DNA from: a virus
Taxonomy: Duplodnaviria; Caudoviricetes
Length of the DNA stretch: 64,000 nucleotides
IMG/VR virus record: IMGVR_UViG_3300020050_007300
Coordinates: 9,930 to 73,929 of that record
Reading direction: 5' to 3' (one strand)
Under the pieces are notes generated by a model, which was given only the letters and a program-made list of their open reading frames with translations, ran no database searches and had not been told where the DNA came from. Shown piece by piece: positions 9,189 through 19,214 of the stretch (position 1 is the first letter of the stretch; each line of letters begins with the position of its first letter). The translations under genes were made by a program, and so were the position numbers.

Positions 9189-12100
9189 GATGTGTAAGCT
9201 CCACCATATACTTTAGAGCGCTGAACGATTGCTGCCATACGTTTCTCAGAGTTGGCCACCGCCTCTCGGACAGTGGAGATTGAAGCTACATCACCGACGG
9301 TGAAGTTTTGGGTTACGTTGATTGTTTGGCCTGCCTCCGCAGAATCCTTGGTGTAAGGGTTCGCGTAGGGGTTGCTTGCTGCTGGCACGATACGTTCACC
9401 CTTGTGAATCTTAGCCATCATATCATAGGGGACGTAGTTTGTACCTACGTCAAAGCCTATTGGTGCCCTAAGCCCAATCCCGGAGCTGACACCGCTGCTG
9501 AGTCCGTAACCGCCAGAAGCTGCAACTATGCTGCTGCCGGCACCTAGGCTGCTGCCTGCACCTACACTCGTAGCACCAAGCAAGGAACTGCCGATGCTCA
9601 AGATAGAACCAAAGAGGCTGGAGCTAGCAGACTGAATTGCCATGCGGACTAGACCTTCGATCACCGAGTCTACCAAACTGCGAAAGCTCAGCTTACCCGT
9701 AGTGACGAACTTGACCAAGGCGTCTTCCATGTTTCCGTATGCCGTTGTGAACACTTTTTCAGTCTGAGCAGCAACGTCTTCATTATTGCGCATGTAGGTA
9801 CGCATAGCGTTCGTTGCGGCATCGCCATAAGAACCATTGGCTTTAGCTGCGGCTGCAGCGTCGAAAGCGTTACCTGCAACAACACCCTTGTCGTCTACTC
9901 TTTTACCTGCAATTTTTTCGTAGTCCTGAATTAGCTGTCGCAGTTTAGCCATGCGAGACTCAAGGTCTGTCAGGGTGCCAGAGTTAGCTATCAACTCTCC
10001 CTTACCGAACAACGTGTCGTAAGAATCCTTTGCCTTAGCAAGCTCTGAGGTCAGACTCTGCAGGCCCTTGTCGTAGTCAGCCACAGCCTCTACGCGGGCT
10101 TTGTAGACCGCCACTTCCCTGTCGCCCATGCTTTTAATAGCAATGTTCATGGCGTTAACTGCTGCTAGCTTTTCTTCTGCGTCAGTATCTTTCTGCCAGA
10201 AGTCACGACTGCTAGCGGCAGCAGCGTCTAAGACTTTCTTAGTCTCCGCAACAGACGCCTGATACATCTTCTGCTGGGTCTGAATATCGTCGTCAAGGAT
10301 TGCCTTGTTGGCGTTAGCCGCCGCTTGGGCGAGCATGGCCGCATCGTCTTTAGACGGCTTAGTCTTACCTTCCATCAAAGCCTTAATGTCCGACAAGGTC
10401 TGAATGCTCGCCCTTCTTACTGCTGTAAGGTTCGCGGTGGATGCCGCTTCCTGTGCAGCAACTTCGCTGTAGCGCCTGGAGGTGTCCAGAATAGCTTCAG
10501 CTTTATTTTTGATCCTGTCCTGCTCTTTCTCTAGGTCGGACTTGGGCGTGCTTGCGCCAGACCCTTTAGGGGTTCCACCTGTGAGTGTACCTTGCAAAGC
10601 TTTAATATCTGCGTCTGCCTTTTCTTTGGCTTTACGTATGTCCTCAGCTTCTTCCAAAGCAATCTTTGCATTCGCTTTGCCAAGTGCCATACGTTTGTCT
10701 GTCAGCTCCTGCTCAGATTTGATAATCCTTGCGTTAAGAACTTCGAGCGTCGAAGCCTGCATTTTAGCTTGTATGGTGTTACCTGGGGTTGCTTTAGCAA
10801 CCTTGTCACGATCAGCCTTGGCTATGTCAAGTGCTGCCTGCGAGGCGTTGACGGATTCGCTCAGTGCTGCGAAAGGCGCTGCAGGTTGGCTGCGCAACTT
10901 CCTTAGCAAAGTAAGCTTTTCAATTTCTTTGTCGAACTGCTTCAAAGTAACCGCACCCTTGGAGACAGCTTCCGCAGTAGTCTCTGTAAGCGAAGTCTTA
11001 GCGGCATCCCTGCTTGTGTACCAGGCCGCAGCAAGCATCCCTAAACCCAAGATTAGGCCTGTAACAGGGTTAGCAAGAATCAAAGCTGCCCGTCCAAGCA
11101 GGCCCATAGATGTGGCCGCACCTGCGGCTGCCACACCGGAGGCTGTCAGGGAAGAAGCTGTACCCATGCTTACAGCGCTCATAGTCTGAGCCGCCAGGGT
11201 CGCTCTTTGGAAAGTTGCTGGCAACCCTGCAAGAACTACCGCTAAACCGCCCAACGCCGCCTGGGCCAGAGTGATAGCTTTGTACCCTACCCACAGCTGC
11301 AGGAAGGTAACAGCCACAGGTGTAACTGCGACTACCACGTCAAACAACTTACCTACGGCCGAGACCATCTGGTAGACACCCAGACTGAAAGACTCCGACT
11401 TCACGGCTTTGTCCAGAGTCTCGATGAAACCCTTGAACTTACCGGAGTTGACTTCAAAAACCTTGTCAAACACACTGACTAACGAACCTGACAACAGGTT
11501 CATAGCACCCTTCGTGGTGTCCATCAGACCTTTCTGAGCCTTGAACAAATCCACTTCTGAAGCTTTCTCTATGGTGCCAAGCATCTTTTCCAGGTCTACA
11601 GTGCCTTCACGGATAGCTGCAAATAAAAGCTTAATACCACGGTTGTTCGTCAACCGCTCCATGTACTGCATTTGCTGCTCAGGCTTAAACTGATTCAGGG
11701 CATTTTGAAGTTCTTTGATACCTTCGATGGTGGACTTCTGCGAACCATCTTCCTTAAACATCGTGAACTTCCAGGGCTTCTCCCCTACAGCACGAGTTTT
11801 ATTGATCTGGTCAGCCATGTCGGCCATCGCCTTCTTAGCTGGGCCAAGTGGCGTGGACACATTACGCAGGAAGTTGATGAACGCCGTACCGCCTGCGCTG
11901 TCTTTGATGCCAGACTTAGCCAGAGCCGTCAGCAGAACCAAGGTCTCGCTCAAGGTCTTCTTGAAACCTGTGTTAACTTCGGATGCACTCTTAAGAGAGC
12001 CTGCAAGGTTCTCTACGTTTAAGGCACCTTCCTTAGTTGCAACAAACAGTTGAGCAGCCGTCTTGCCTGCGTCGTCAGACGACCGCCCAAACAGGTTGTT

Positions 12101-13303
12101 AGTCTGCATAACAAGGTCTGTCGAGGTTTTGAGGTCTACCATGCCTACAGTAGCCAGGGCTGCAGACGAGCGGACGACCTGGAGAGAACTTGCTACGTTG
12201 AGGCCCGACTGGCCCACACGCACCATTGCTTCCGCAAGTTCCTTCTGAGAGAACAAGGTTTCCTGGTCTATGTCCCTCAGTGCTTGACGAACTACTGCTC
12301 CCTGCTCCTTGGTTGTTTGGCCAAGAACTTCCATGAATTTGATGTTGTACTCAATCTCTGAGCCTGTATCATAAACCTTACGAGTCACATTACTGATCGC
12401 AGCGCCTGCAATTAGTGGCAGCACTCTGCCGTAAGTCAACCACATAGCGTCAAAACCTGACGCTACACCGCGCAAACCTGCATGTAGGTCAGCACTGTCT
12501 GCGCTCAGGCTCCGCATACTGCTGCCCATGCCCGAAAGCTTCTCACGGGCCGCTGCTGCCTCTGTGGCTAGAAGTCGTGTTGCAGAAGCTGAAGGAGTGA
12601 CAGCAATGGCCTGTACGGGAGTGTTGGCATCGAATATTGAGTCTACCCTGCGCTGTGCAGCAAGCATCCTGCTGCTCTCCTCGTAAGCCGTTAACAGGTC
12701 CGCAGCGTTTTTCTTTACGGCGGCTACTTGCCTTTTACCATTCTCCAACGAAGTAGCCTGGTAAGCTTTACGAATAGCATTTTCAGAAGCAGAAGCGGCT
12801 TCTAGTTTTTGCAGACCTGACTGCAGAGCATCAACTTCCATTTGAAGGTAGCTGTCTCTTGAAGGCCTAGCCGGTAAGTTTGCATCAGGGGTCTGCGCAG
12901 AGGCGAAGAGCTTGTCAGCAAGGTTTTGCGCATCCTTCGCTTTTTGCGTGACAGACCCTACCCCATATAGCTTCGGTGTCTCAATCGCTAGCTCCATACT
13001 CAGCTTCTGAGTCCGCATGTAAGCCTGCATCTCGGTCATCAGGGCTTTGAGGTTACGTGTAACCGCCGTTTGACTGCCAGACGCACCAATCTTGCTAAGC
13101 TCTTTTTCGGCTTTCTCTGCAAGCTCCTTGACTTTAGCAACGCCAACGGTAGACAGTTGTTGGAACTCTTTGGCCAACCCTGTGAGGTTGCCCTTGTCAA
13201 CTTTCTGCACCATCAACAACAACTGGTCGAGCGCGTTCTCCAGGTTCTGAACCTGCTTAACTGTGCCTGCCGTGTTAAAGTCGAAACCTTCTTCTGCTGC
13301 CAT
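9185..13303 (-). CDS. Tape measure protein
   Basis: 1372 aa, Ala/Lys-rich helical composition, central hydrophobic segments, C-terminal FDVGTNYVPYDMMAKIHKGERIV motif. Confidence 0.92.
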   Translation of the reverse strand: MAAEEGFDFNTAGTVKQVQNLENALDQLLLMVQKVDKGNLTGLAKEFQQLSTVGVAKVKELAEKAEKELSKIGASGSQTAVTRNLKALMTEMQAYMRTQKLSMELAIETPKLYGVGSVTQKAKDAQNLADKLFASAQTPDANLPARPSRDSYLQMEVDALQSGLQKLEAASASENAIRKAYQATSLENGKRQVAAVKKNAADLLTAYEESSRMLAAQRRVDSIFDANTPVQAIAVTPSASATRLLATEAAAAREKLSGMGSSMRSLSADSADLHAGLRGVASGFDAMWLTYGRVLPLIAGAAISNVTRKVYDTGSEIEYNIKFMEVLGQTTKEQGAVVRQALRDIDQETLFSQKELAEAMVRVGQSGLNVASSLQVVRSSAALATVGMVDLKTSTDLVMQTNNLFGRSSDDAGKTAAQLFVATKEGALNVENLAGSLKSASEVNTGFKKTLSETLVLLTALAKSGIKDSAGGTAFINFLRNVSTPLGPAKKAMADMADQINKTRAVGEKPWKFTMFKEDGSQKSTIEGIKELQNALNQFKPEQQMQYMERLTNNRGIKLLFAAIREGTVDLEKMLGTIEKASEVDLFKAQKGLMDTTKGAMNLLSGSLVSVFDKVFEVNSGKFKGFIETLDKAVKSESFSLGVYQMVSAVGKLFDVVVAVTPVAVTFLQLWVGYKAITLAQAALGGLAVVLAGLPATFQRATLAAQTMSAVSMGTASSLTASGVAAAGAATSMGLLGRAALILANPVTGLILGLGMLAAAWYTSRDAAKTSLTETTAEAVSKGAVTLKQFDKEIEKLTLLRKLRSQPAAPFAALSESVNASQAALDIAKADRDKVAKATPGNTIQAKMQASTLEVLNARIIKSEQELTDKRMALGKANAKIALEEAEDIRKAKEKADADIKALQGTLTGGTPKGSGASTPKSDLEKEQDRIKNKAEAILDTSRRYSEVAAQEAASTANLTAVRRASIQTLSDIKALMEGKTKPSKDDAAMLAQAAANANKAILDDDIQTQQKMYQASVAETKKVLDAAAASSRDFWQKDTDAEEKLAAVNAMNIAIKSMGDREVAVYKARVEAVADYDKGLQSLTSELAKAKDSYDTLFGKGELIANSGTLTDLESRMAKLRQLIQDYEKIAGKRVDDKGVVAGNAFDAAAAAKANGSYGDAATNAMRTYMRNNEDVAAQTEKVFTTAYGNMEDALVKFVTTGKLSFRSLVDSVIEGLVRMAIQSASSSLFGSILSIGSSLLGATSVGAGSSLGAGSSIVAASGGYGLSSGVSSGIGLRAPIGFDVGTNYVPYDMMAKIHKGERIVPAASNPYANPYTKDSAEAGQTINVTQNFTVGDVASISTVREAVANSEKRMAAIVQRSKVYGGAYTS

Positions 13304-13315
13304 TTGATGCCTTTA

Positions 13316-13337
13316 AAAATCGCGTGCCGCGATTTTA
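13316..13337 (-). promoter_or_regulatory. Putative tape measure promoter, -10 box overlapping a 9-bp inverted repeat
   Basis: TAAAAT on the minus strand at 13332-13337; AAAATCGCG-tgc-CGCGATTTT at 13316-13336. Confidence 0.4.
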
Positions 13338-13353
13338 ATTCCAACCAAAGAAA

Positions 13354-13374
13354 AAGCCCGCATCAAGCGGGCTT
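13354..13374 (-). terminator. Intrinsic terminator after the tail chaperone
   Basis: AAGCCCGC-atcaa-GCGGGCTT followed by a U-rich tract on the minus strand; overlaps the stop codon. Confidence 0.55.
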
Positions 13375-13713
13375 CTCCTGTTGGGCTTCTCGTGACTTGG
13401 CTACTTCTGTTAGCCATGCTGCGTCAATCTTGGCTATTTGCTGCCAGAGGTTTGGAATCTCTAGTCGGCTATACCCGTGGGCAAGTCCCCACATGCAGAC
13501 CTCGCTAAACGGGATAGGCTCTGGGCCACCAAAACTGTGGTGCCTAGACCCTGCAAGGTCTTTCCATATCCTGTAAAAGTGTAGAAGTTCACTGTCCAGT
13601 GCGGGTCTGTTCTTGAGTGCGTCTGGGGTGGTGCCTGTCTCTTCTTCCATTGCTAGAAGAAAGTCTATCTTCCCGCCCCAGCGGTTTTGCCACTCAAAAA
13701 GTTCGCTTAGTTT
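13363..13713 (-). CDS. C-terminal extension of the tail assembly chaperone, reached by -1 frameshift (lambda GT-like)
   Basis: The -1 frame is open from the slippery site (KLSELFEWQNRWGGKIDFLLA) into the 95-aa ORF 13363..13650. Confidence 0.8.
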   Translation of the reverse strand, partial: KLSELFEWQNRWGGKIDFLLAMEEETGTTPDALKNRPALDSELLHFYRIWKDLAGSRHHSFGGPEPIPFSEVCMWGLAHGYSRLEIPNLWQQIAKIDAAWLTEVAKSREAQQEKPA

Positions 13714-14123
13714 TTTTCGTCTTCTTCGTCTTTGACCAACTTGTAGTTCTCAAAGTTGTCAGCGGCAGCTTTCACATCTTCCAAGAACTGCGCATGGCTC
13801 AGCAGGGTCTTGGCATTCTCTTTCGAGTAAGCAAGGTTTTGGTCCTTGTATTTCACTTCGCCTTCCCAGCCCAGCAGGATGGTCTCAGCAAAAACACGAA
13901 CCATCAACTCCTTAGACTTAGCCTTGGCCTCAGGAGTCTTACTATCCAGAACAGCCTTGTTCTGCTTGACCAGCTTGGTAATGAGGCGGGCGAAGTCTTC
14001 GTTGTTGGAACGGGCGATGGAGAACAGCTTCGCGCCCATACGGGGCAGCGTAACTTTTGCGCCTTTTTCTTCGGCTACTTCGTCAGTAGCGTAGGCGGCA
14101 AAGAAGTCAATTGCGTCGGTCAT
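13707..14123 (-). CDS. Tail assembly chaperone (lambda G-like)
   Basis: Lies between tail tube and tape measure; ends GAC GAA AAA AAC TAA. Confidence 0.85.
   Translation of the reverse strand: MTDAIDFFAAYATDEVAEEKGAKVTLPRMGAKLFSIARSNNEDFARLITKLVKQNKAVLDSKTPEAKAKSKELMVRVFAETILLGWEGEVKYKDQNLAYSKENAKTLLSHAQFLEDVKAAADNFENYKLVKDEEDEKN
13710..13716 (-). other. -1 ribosomal slippery heptamer A AAA AAC
   Basis: X XXY YYZ heptamer in frame, directly before the stop codon. Confidence 0.8.
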
Positions 14124-14162
14124 TTGGAATCCTGTTGGTTGTTGAGCCGGTATCGTAACACG

Positions 14163-14196
14163 AAAAAAGGCCTCGGTGTTGCCACCGAGGCCAAAA
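14163..14196 (-). terminator. Intrinsic terminator after the tail tube gene
   Basis: GGCCTCGGTG-ttgc-CACCGAGGCC with a 6-U tract on the minus strand. Confidence 0.8.
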
Positions 14197-14230
14197 CAAC
14201 CAACTCACCTACCAGGAACTAAGTGGACAC

Positions 14231-15442
14231 TTAGACAGCGACGCCAATACGGTCAATGAAGATAGACTTACGCAGAGCGGCGTTTGCGTTACCGCTGTCA
14301 TTCAAACCAGTCATGTCAATTGACACCATCTGGTCTTGGTCTTTTGCAGAGGCATTCGTCTTGAAGGACGAAATGTTGCAAATTGGAATCGTGAAGATGT
14401 AGCCGTTACCAGCGTTGTCGGTAGAGCTGAAGATCAGGCTCGTGTTGACGTTCTGGCGGAACTTGGTGAACAAGTCCTTGTTGGCGAAGTACACTTCGAG
14501 TTGGCCAGTCAAGTTGATCGTGCCGCTACCGATAGCTACTGCGCCCAGAGTGCCGACTGCTTCCTGCGAGCGCAGAGCGTTGTCATAGCTCAGAGACACA
14601 GACTTCACGAAAGTGCCGGTCAATGGTACTCCGTCCATCCACACGGCGTTTGTTGCACCGCCAACCCCTGAGTGAATGTCGTAGTTTGCGGGTGCAATTG
14701 GAGTGCCAGGCAGCAAGGTCGTGTTGCTCTCCAGGCCAGACTTACCCATGAAGTCAAAGCTCAGATCACTCAGTGCCCCAGACGCCACCTTAATGTCCAC
14801 TTTGGAAGGGGTCATGCCGGTGTAGGCAATGAACACACCAATGTCGGTGTTGTTACGTTCGATGGTCCAGCTAGACTGGGTAGTACCATTAGTCAGCCGT
14901 GCCGACTGAATCTGGATGCTCTCGCCTGCGCTCACTGCGCCGGGGGTGTTCGGGTCAAGCGTGATGACCGTAGCGGTTGGGGCAGTCACAGTGCTGACAC
15001 GCAGGATTTTGCCGTTGTTAGCGCCAGCACTAACAATGCGGAACCACTGGCCGGGTTGCAGCAGGGTGAACAGGTTCACACCCGAAGTCGCAGCAGACGC
15101 AGTAATCAGAGTCGCACTGACAGAGGTGGTGGCAGTAGCTGCACCAACGCCGTTCGTGCCAAACTCAGCAAACGTGTTTTGCAGAGTCGATTCCAGGAAG
15201 GGCTCAACAGAGTCGTAAGTCATTTCCATGGTCAGACCGCCAGAAGACTTGGCAGTAACAGGCACCACACTAGACACGGTACGAGTGGCGTTGATTTCCT
15301 TGGAAGACTCCTTGGTGATATCGAATGAAAGGGTCTCGCCGGTTACCCGGAGATTGAGGGGGTTGCCCGTGTTGGGGGTCACGCCAAAGATGGCTTCCTT
15401 GATGGCGCGGACGGCTACAGAACTGGATGAGGCTAATGGCAT
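14231..15442 (-). CDS. Major tail tube protein with an inserted beta-rich domain
   Basis: 403 aa; LRVTGETLSFDIT...EIN N-terminus; flanked by a terminator and the chaperone pair. Confidence 0.85.
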   Translation of the reverse strand: MPLASSSSVAVRAIKEAIFGVTPNTGNPLNLRVTGETLSFDITKESSKEINATRTVSSVVPVTAKSSGGLTMEMTYDSVEPFLESTLQNTFAEFGTNGVGAATATTSVSATLITASAATSGVNLFTLLQPGQWFRIVSAGANNGKILRVSTVTAPTATVITLDPNTPGAVSAGESIQIQSARLTNGTTQSSWTIERNNTDIGVFIAYTGMTPSKVDIKVASGALSDLSFDFMGKSGLESNTTLLPGTPIAPANYDIHSGVGGATNAVWMDGVPLTGTFVKSVSLSYDNALRSQEAVGTLGAVAIGSGTINLTGQLEVYFANKDLFTKFRQNVNTSLIFSSTDNAGNGYIFTIPICNISSFKTNASAKDQDQMVSIDMTGLNDSGNANAALRKSIFIDRIGVAV

Positions 15443-15524
15443 GTGGATGCTCCGTTAAATGTGCTTGAGTTTAAAGGCTGTCAGCTAGACATGTATGACA
15501 CTTTGTGATTCTGCACTTTCCATC

Positions 15525-15944
15525 TTACACTCCGTAGGTTTTGTCATACCAAAAAGGTATGAGCGCAGGGGTGTAGTCCCAACCTAGTTGGGTCTGTGTG
15601 CGAGAAAAAGAACTCATTAGAGTTCTCACACCCCCAAGTGTTTTCTTTTGTAGGTGCGGGTAGAAAAACTCAAGTAGCTCGTTGGCCTGTTTAGTGCCTG
15701 AGCCTTCTTTTGTTGCGGCAGCAATGTGTATCTGCCCAATAAATCTGTGGAGGGGGTCGTCAGATACGTTAACCTGCTCGGCACCCAAAAGGAGTATCCG
15801 CACCTGTAAGAACGGATTTTGCTGTGTACGAGTATCCACAAGGATACGGTTGTCGTACTCAACCACCAAGGGGTAAGAAGTGAATGCAGCAGCTCTGGCT
15901 TCTACGGCCGTGACAATACCTTGGCGAATTAGCTCTAAGCTCAT
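15525..15944 (-). CDS. Tail terminator protein
   Basis: Position just upstream of the tail tube gene; 139 aa. Confidence 0.6.
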   Translation of the reverse strand: MSLELIRQGIVTAVEARAAAFTSYPLVVEYDNRILVDTRTQQNPFLQVRILLLGAEQVNVSDDPLHRFIGQIHIAAATKEGSGTKQANELLEFFYPHLQKKTLGGVRTLMSSFSRTQTQLGWDYTPALIPFWYDKTYGV

Positions 15945-16417
15945 AGCTTTCCTAAATATTTAAACTTTGTGTTAAGGTAGGCTACTACACCTTCTGGTGG
16001 AGAAATCAAATTCTCTGGACGGAAAGTAATCTGTCCGCTAGCAAGCAGAGGTGCTGTAGGCGAGTAGTTGACCAGACGGATTATGCTATTCCATTTAACG
16101 TAAGGCAAAATTACGTCTCTGGAATATCCCAGAGAGTCTGCAATTACCTCTACGTCCCCCGCCTGCTTTCGTTCCCCTACAGGTACAGCTTTCCAGTTGT
16201 AACCTGGGGGCTTAAACTTGTTGTCGTAACTGCCCTCTTGCCGGTTAACCTCAAGTTTCCAGTTGTAGGCGTAGTCTCCTGAAAACTGCGGGCTAACCCT
16301 CACAGCTTCCTTAAGCACAATCATTGCCTGTCGACGCACGTACTCAGTAGCGCTAGCCTTAATCTTAAGCTTAGCGCTTTCTGTCTTGGCTTTCCATGCG
16401 TTGATGTTTTTTATCAT
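15941..16417 (-). CDS. Tail completion / neck protein
   Basis: SPQFSGDYAYNW resembles the HK97 gp10-like PVDTG..R..W motif; ATG 16417 overlaps the upstream stop. Confidence 0.6.
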   Translation of the reverse strand: MIKNINAWKAKTESAKLKIKASATEYVRRQAMIVLKEAVRVSPQFSGDYAYNWKLEVNRQEGSYDNKFKPPGYNWKAVPVGERKQAGDVEVIADSLGYSRDVILPYVKWNSIIRLVNYSPTAPLLASGQITFRPENLISPPEGVVAYLNTKFKYLGKL

Positions 16418-17244
16418 TGCCTGCGGATGTGGTACTTCCAACCATCGAGTTCCGCAACCTTGTTTTGGACTCTCCAACCTGCTCCTGCAATAGCCAAACT
16501 TTGCCCAACCTGCAGCTCTACAGCAAGGACTAGTGACATATCTCCTGCCAGCATCTTTGCGTCAGCTTGTGAGGAATACTCAAAAGCTTTGTACAGGTTG
16601 AAAAATATGCCATCTACGACGGTCGTGCCGCCTGTGTAGCTATCACTGATCGGGTCGTAAACCCCAGAGTTTGCAAGTGTTACGGGTACGAGAGCAACTG
16701 CGTCCAGGGAATCGCAGCTTGCAAGTCCCATGCCGTTAATGTCTCTGTGCGACTCCCTGACCCTGAGAAACTCAGAGCCTATACGGATATAGCTGTTCTT
16801 AGTTGGCATCTCAGCAAGGTTCATGAACACGTTGTAGAACTGGTCGTACTGTGCATCCGTCACGGTGTTGATCGTGTTCTGCAGGAACACCCTGTGCAGG
16901 CACAGGTCCACGCCTGCCGCGCTGTTGCAGACCTGGGCAGGGGTAAGGGCCTGCCCAACGTCCGTGACCCTCTTGAGCCAGTACGTCGTTCGCACTGTTA
17001 CATTTTGGAAGGCGTCAGACGTGCCGTCGCCAACAATCCACTTACCGCCAATAACGGTAAGAACCCTGCGAGGAGGGATAGTAAGGTCAGGGTGCAGGGA
17101 TAGGGTTCTACGTTTAGACGTAGTGCCATCAATAGCAGCTTCGTCAAACGTACCAAACTGACCTCTGAAAAGGTACTGGTTAGAGTACCCATCGTAGAGG
17201 TCTGTGTCGTCAAACCACGTAGCTATGTCAATGAACTCAGGCAT
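16414..17244 (-). CDS. Head closure / head-tail joining protein
   Basis: Gene order only. Confidence 0.5.
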   Translation of the reverse strand: MPEFIDIATWFDDTDLYDGYSNQYLFRGQFGTFDEAAIDGTTSKRRTLSLHPDLTIPPRRVLTVIGGKWIVGDGTSDAFQNVTVRTTYWLKRVTDVGQALTPAQVCNSAAGVDLCLHRVFLQNTINTVTDAQYDQFYNVFMNLAEMPTKNSYIRIGSEFLRVRESHRDINGMGLASCDSLDAVALVPVTLANSGVYDPISDSYTGGTTVVDGIFFNLYKAFEYSSQADAKMLAGDMSLVLAVELQVGQSLAIAGAGWRVQNKVAELDGWKYHIRRQ

Positions 17245-17734
17245 TGGTGACAGGGTCCACAGAAAGGGAAGCGGTTAGCATTGTGGTAAACCGGCTAGCA
17301 GTAGTTACCGCGCCAGCCGAGCCGTCAAGTGTGTTGAACGCGGCTGCAAGTCTCAGCCTTAGCGCCTGCATCATACCATCTACACCGGAGGCTACAGACA
17401 TGTAAGCATCCCGCTGACGTGTAAAAGATGCCCTACCGTCAGTGACCTCCAGCACAGCAAACATAGGCAGAGACACCAGCAGTTGTTTAGCTATGAGGTA
17501 GGGCGCGTACAAGGAGACTAGATCAAAGAACCTAGCCTGCTGCGCTGTGCGGTCACTGGCCGGTAGGGCAGAAACTGTAGTGAATAATGCGGGGATGCCT
17601 TGAGCTATGTCTTCTAAGCCCATAGTAGCAACTGTGTAGTAACCTCTAACACTGAGAGTCGCGTCTGTCAATTCCAGACTATTAACTCCGAGGATTGCCC
17701 GGACTTCTTCAGGAGTCGTGTAAGCTCTTAGCAT
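17237..17734 (-). CDS. Head-tail adaptor
   Basis: YTTPEEVRAILG N-terminus typical of adaptors; helical; gene order. Confidence 0.6.
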   Translation of the reverse strand: MLRAYTTPEEVRAILGVNSLELTDATLSVRGYYTVATMGLEDIAQGIPALFTTVSALPASDRTAQQARFFDLVSLYAPYLIAKQLLVSLPMFAVLEVTDGRASFTRQRDAYMSVASGVDGMMQALRLRLAAAFNTLDGSAGAVTTASRFTTMLTASLSVDPVTNA

Positions 17735-18039
17735 TGAGGTTTAACTCCTGTGATGGTGCCAGAAAGAATAATCTCCCTGGAAGCTGTGATAGCTTTGCAG
17801 CGCAGGACGTAGCAGCTTCCAAGAACTGCGTTCCCTACAGCCTGATTAATGACCTGCCCGTCAATCTGCGGACTGCCAATTTTGAAGTTGGAAGGGTTGG
17901 AGTCTGTGCCGTACATCAAAACAACTTCTGTGGAGGCCGCAAGGATTGTTTCCCCTACCAACTTAGAGGCAAAGTCGAAAGAGATGACGTCTTTCTCCCC
18001 TACGTCCAGGGGCTCCAGTGTTGTGCTAACTCTTGTCAT
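17728..18039 (-). CDS. Fibre-attachment adaptor-like small beta protein
   Basis: PLDVGEKDVISFDF pattern; 103 aa. Confidence 0.5.
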   Translation of the reverse strand: MTRVSTTLEPLDVGEKDVISFDFASKLVGETILAASTEVVLMYGTDSNPSNFKIGSPQIDGQVINQAVGNAVLGSCYVLRCKAITASREIILSGTITGVKPQC

Positions 18040-19211
18040 GACTTTACCACCCGTCTTCCTGTTGTTGATCTGACTACTCTAGGGTAAACACCTCGTAGCA
18101 TAACAGCTACTTCTAGGTTCACTACCCCTGAGACTTTGCCATAAGTTGCAGTGAGCATTGCGATCTTGGTAGCAATGCTTACCGCCGTAGAGGGCTTGCT
18201 GGCACTGTTATATGCCAGTTGTGCTCCTGTTGCCCCCAGTGTAACAGAGGAGTCGGCAGCGCTCGCGGAACTGTAGGCCAGCCTTACAGCAGTCTGCAGT
18301 GAAGTCACTGTGTTATTCTGCGCTGACGCAGTGCTACTCAAACGTACCTGGGTAGTCAGAGCTGCGGTACTATTGTTACTACTGACAGAGTTTACGGCTA
18401 GCCGTACAGAAGTAGCCAAAGAAGCCGTGCTGTTATTAACAGCAAGGGAAACTGTGGCGATTCTTACAGCAGTTGCAAGTGCAGCAGTGCTGCTGTTGAC
18501 TGTGCTAGAGCTGCTAGCAACCCGCACAGCAGTGGTCAAACTCGCTGTGCTGCTGTTAATTGACTGGCTGGCATAAGACAGACTTACAGCGCTGCCGTCT
18601 AACGTCACAGAGTTGGAGTTTGCCGACTGCGAGACATAGGCAAGTCTTACTGCGGTAGTCAGTGCTGTTGTGCTACTGTTAACCGTGGTACTGCTAGAGG
18701 CTACTCTTACTGAAGTGTTTAGTGCTGCAGTGCTGCTATTTGTCGTAGTAGCGCTGGAAGCTACAGCAATTTTCGTCGTGAGGTTTGCTGTAGAAGAGTT
18801 TACTGAGACACTGGTAAAAGAAAGCGCAGAGCCAATTGCCAGAGTAACAGAGTTACTGTTCTGGCTGACGCTATTGCTACTCAGCCGAATGGCCGTAACA
18901 AGTGCTGCCGTGGAGGCATTAACCGTTGTGGAGTTGCTAGCGACTCTAACAGAGGTGGTAAGAACTGCGGTGGAACTATTGACAGTCGCAGAATTACTCG
19001 CCAACCTTACTGCAGTAGCAAGGTTTGCCGTGGAAGAGTTTACGGTGGCGCTGTTGCTTGCTACACGTACAGAAGTGGAGAGGGCGGCTGTAGAGGAATT
19101 TACCGACGCACTGACCCAGGCGAGCGGAGTGGCATCGCTAACGGGTTTGGTTAGCCAGGCATCCCTGCGCAGCCTTACCTGCGGCTGCGGGGGTCGTCGG
19201 TAAATAGCCAC
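18036..19211 (-). CDS. Ser/Thr/Ala/Asn-rich protein built from about 16 tandem 20-aa repeats
   Basis: Repeat unit of the type NSATVNSSTANLATAVRLAS is visible directly in the translation. Confidence 0.8.
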   Translation of the reverse strand: MAIYRRPPQPQVRLRRDAWLTKPVSDATPLAWVSASVNSSTAALSTSVRVASNSATVNSSTANLATAVRLASNSATVNSSTAVLTTSVRVASNSTTVNASTAALVTAIRLSSNSVSQNSNSVTLAIGSALSFTSVSVNSSTANLTTKIAVASSATTTNSSTAALNTSVRVASSSTTVNSSTTALTTAVRLAYVSQSANSNSVTLDGSAVSLSYASQSINSSTASLTTAVRVASSSSTVNSSTAALATAVRIATVSLAVNNSTASLATSVRLAVNSVSSNNSTAALTTQVRLSSTASAQNNTVTSLQTAVRLAYSSASAADSSVTLGATGAQLAYNSASKPSTAVSIATKIAMLTATYGKVSGVVNLEVAVMLRGVYPRVVRSTTGRRVVKS

Positions 19212-19214
19212 GGC

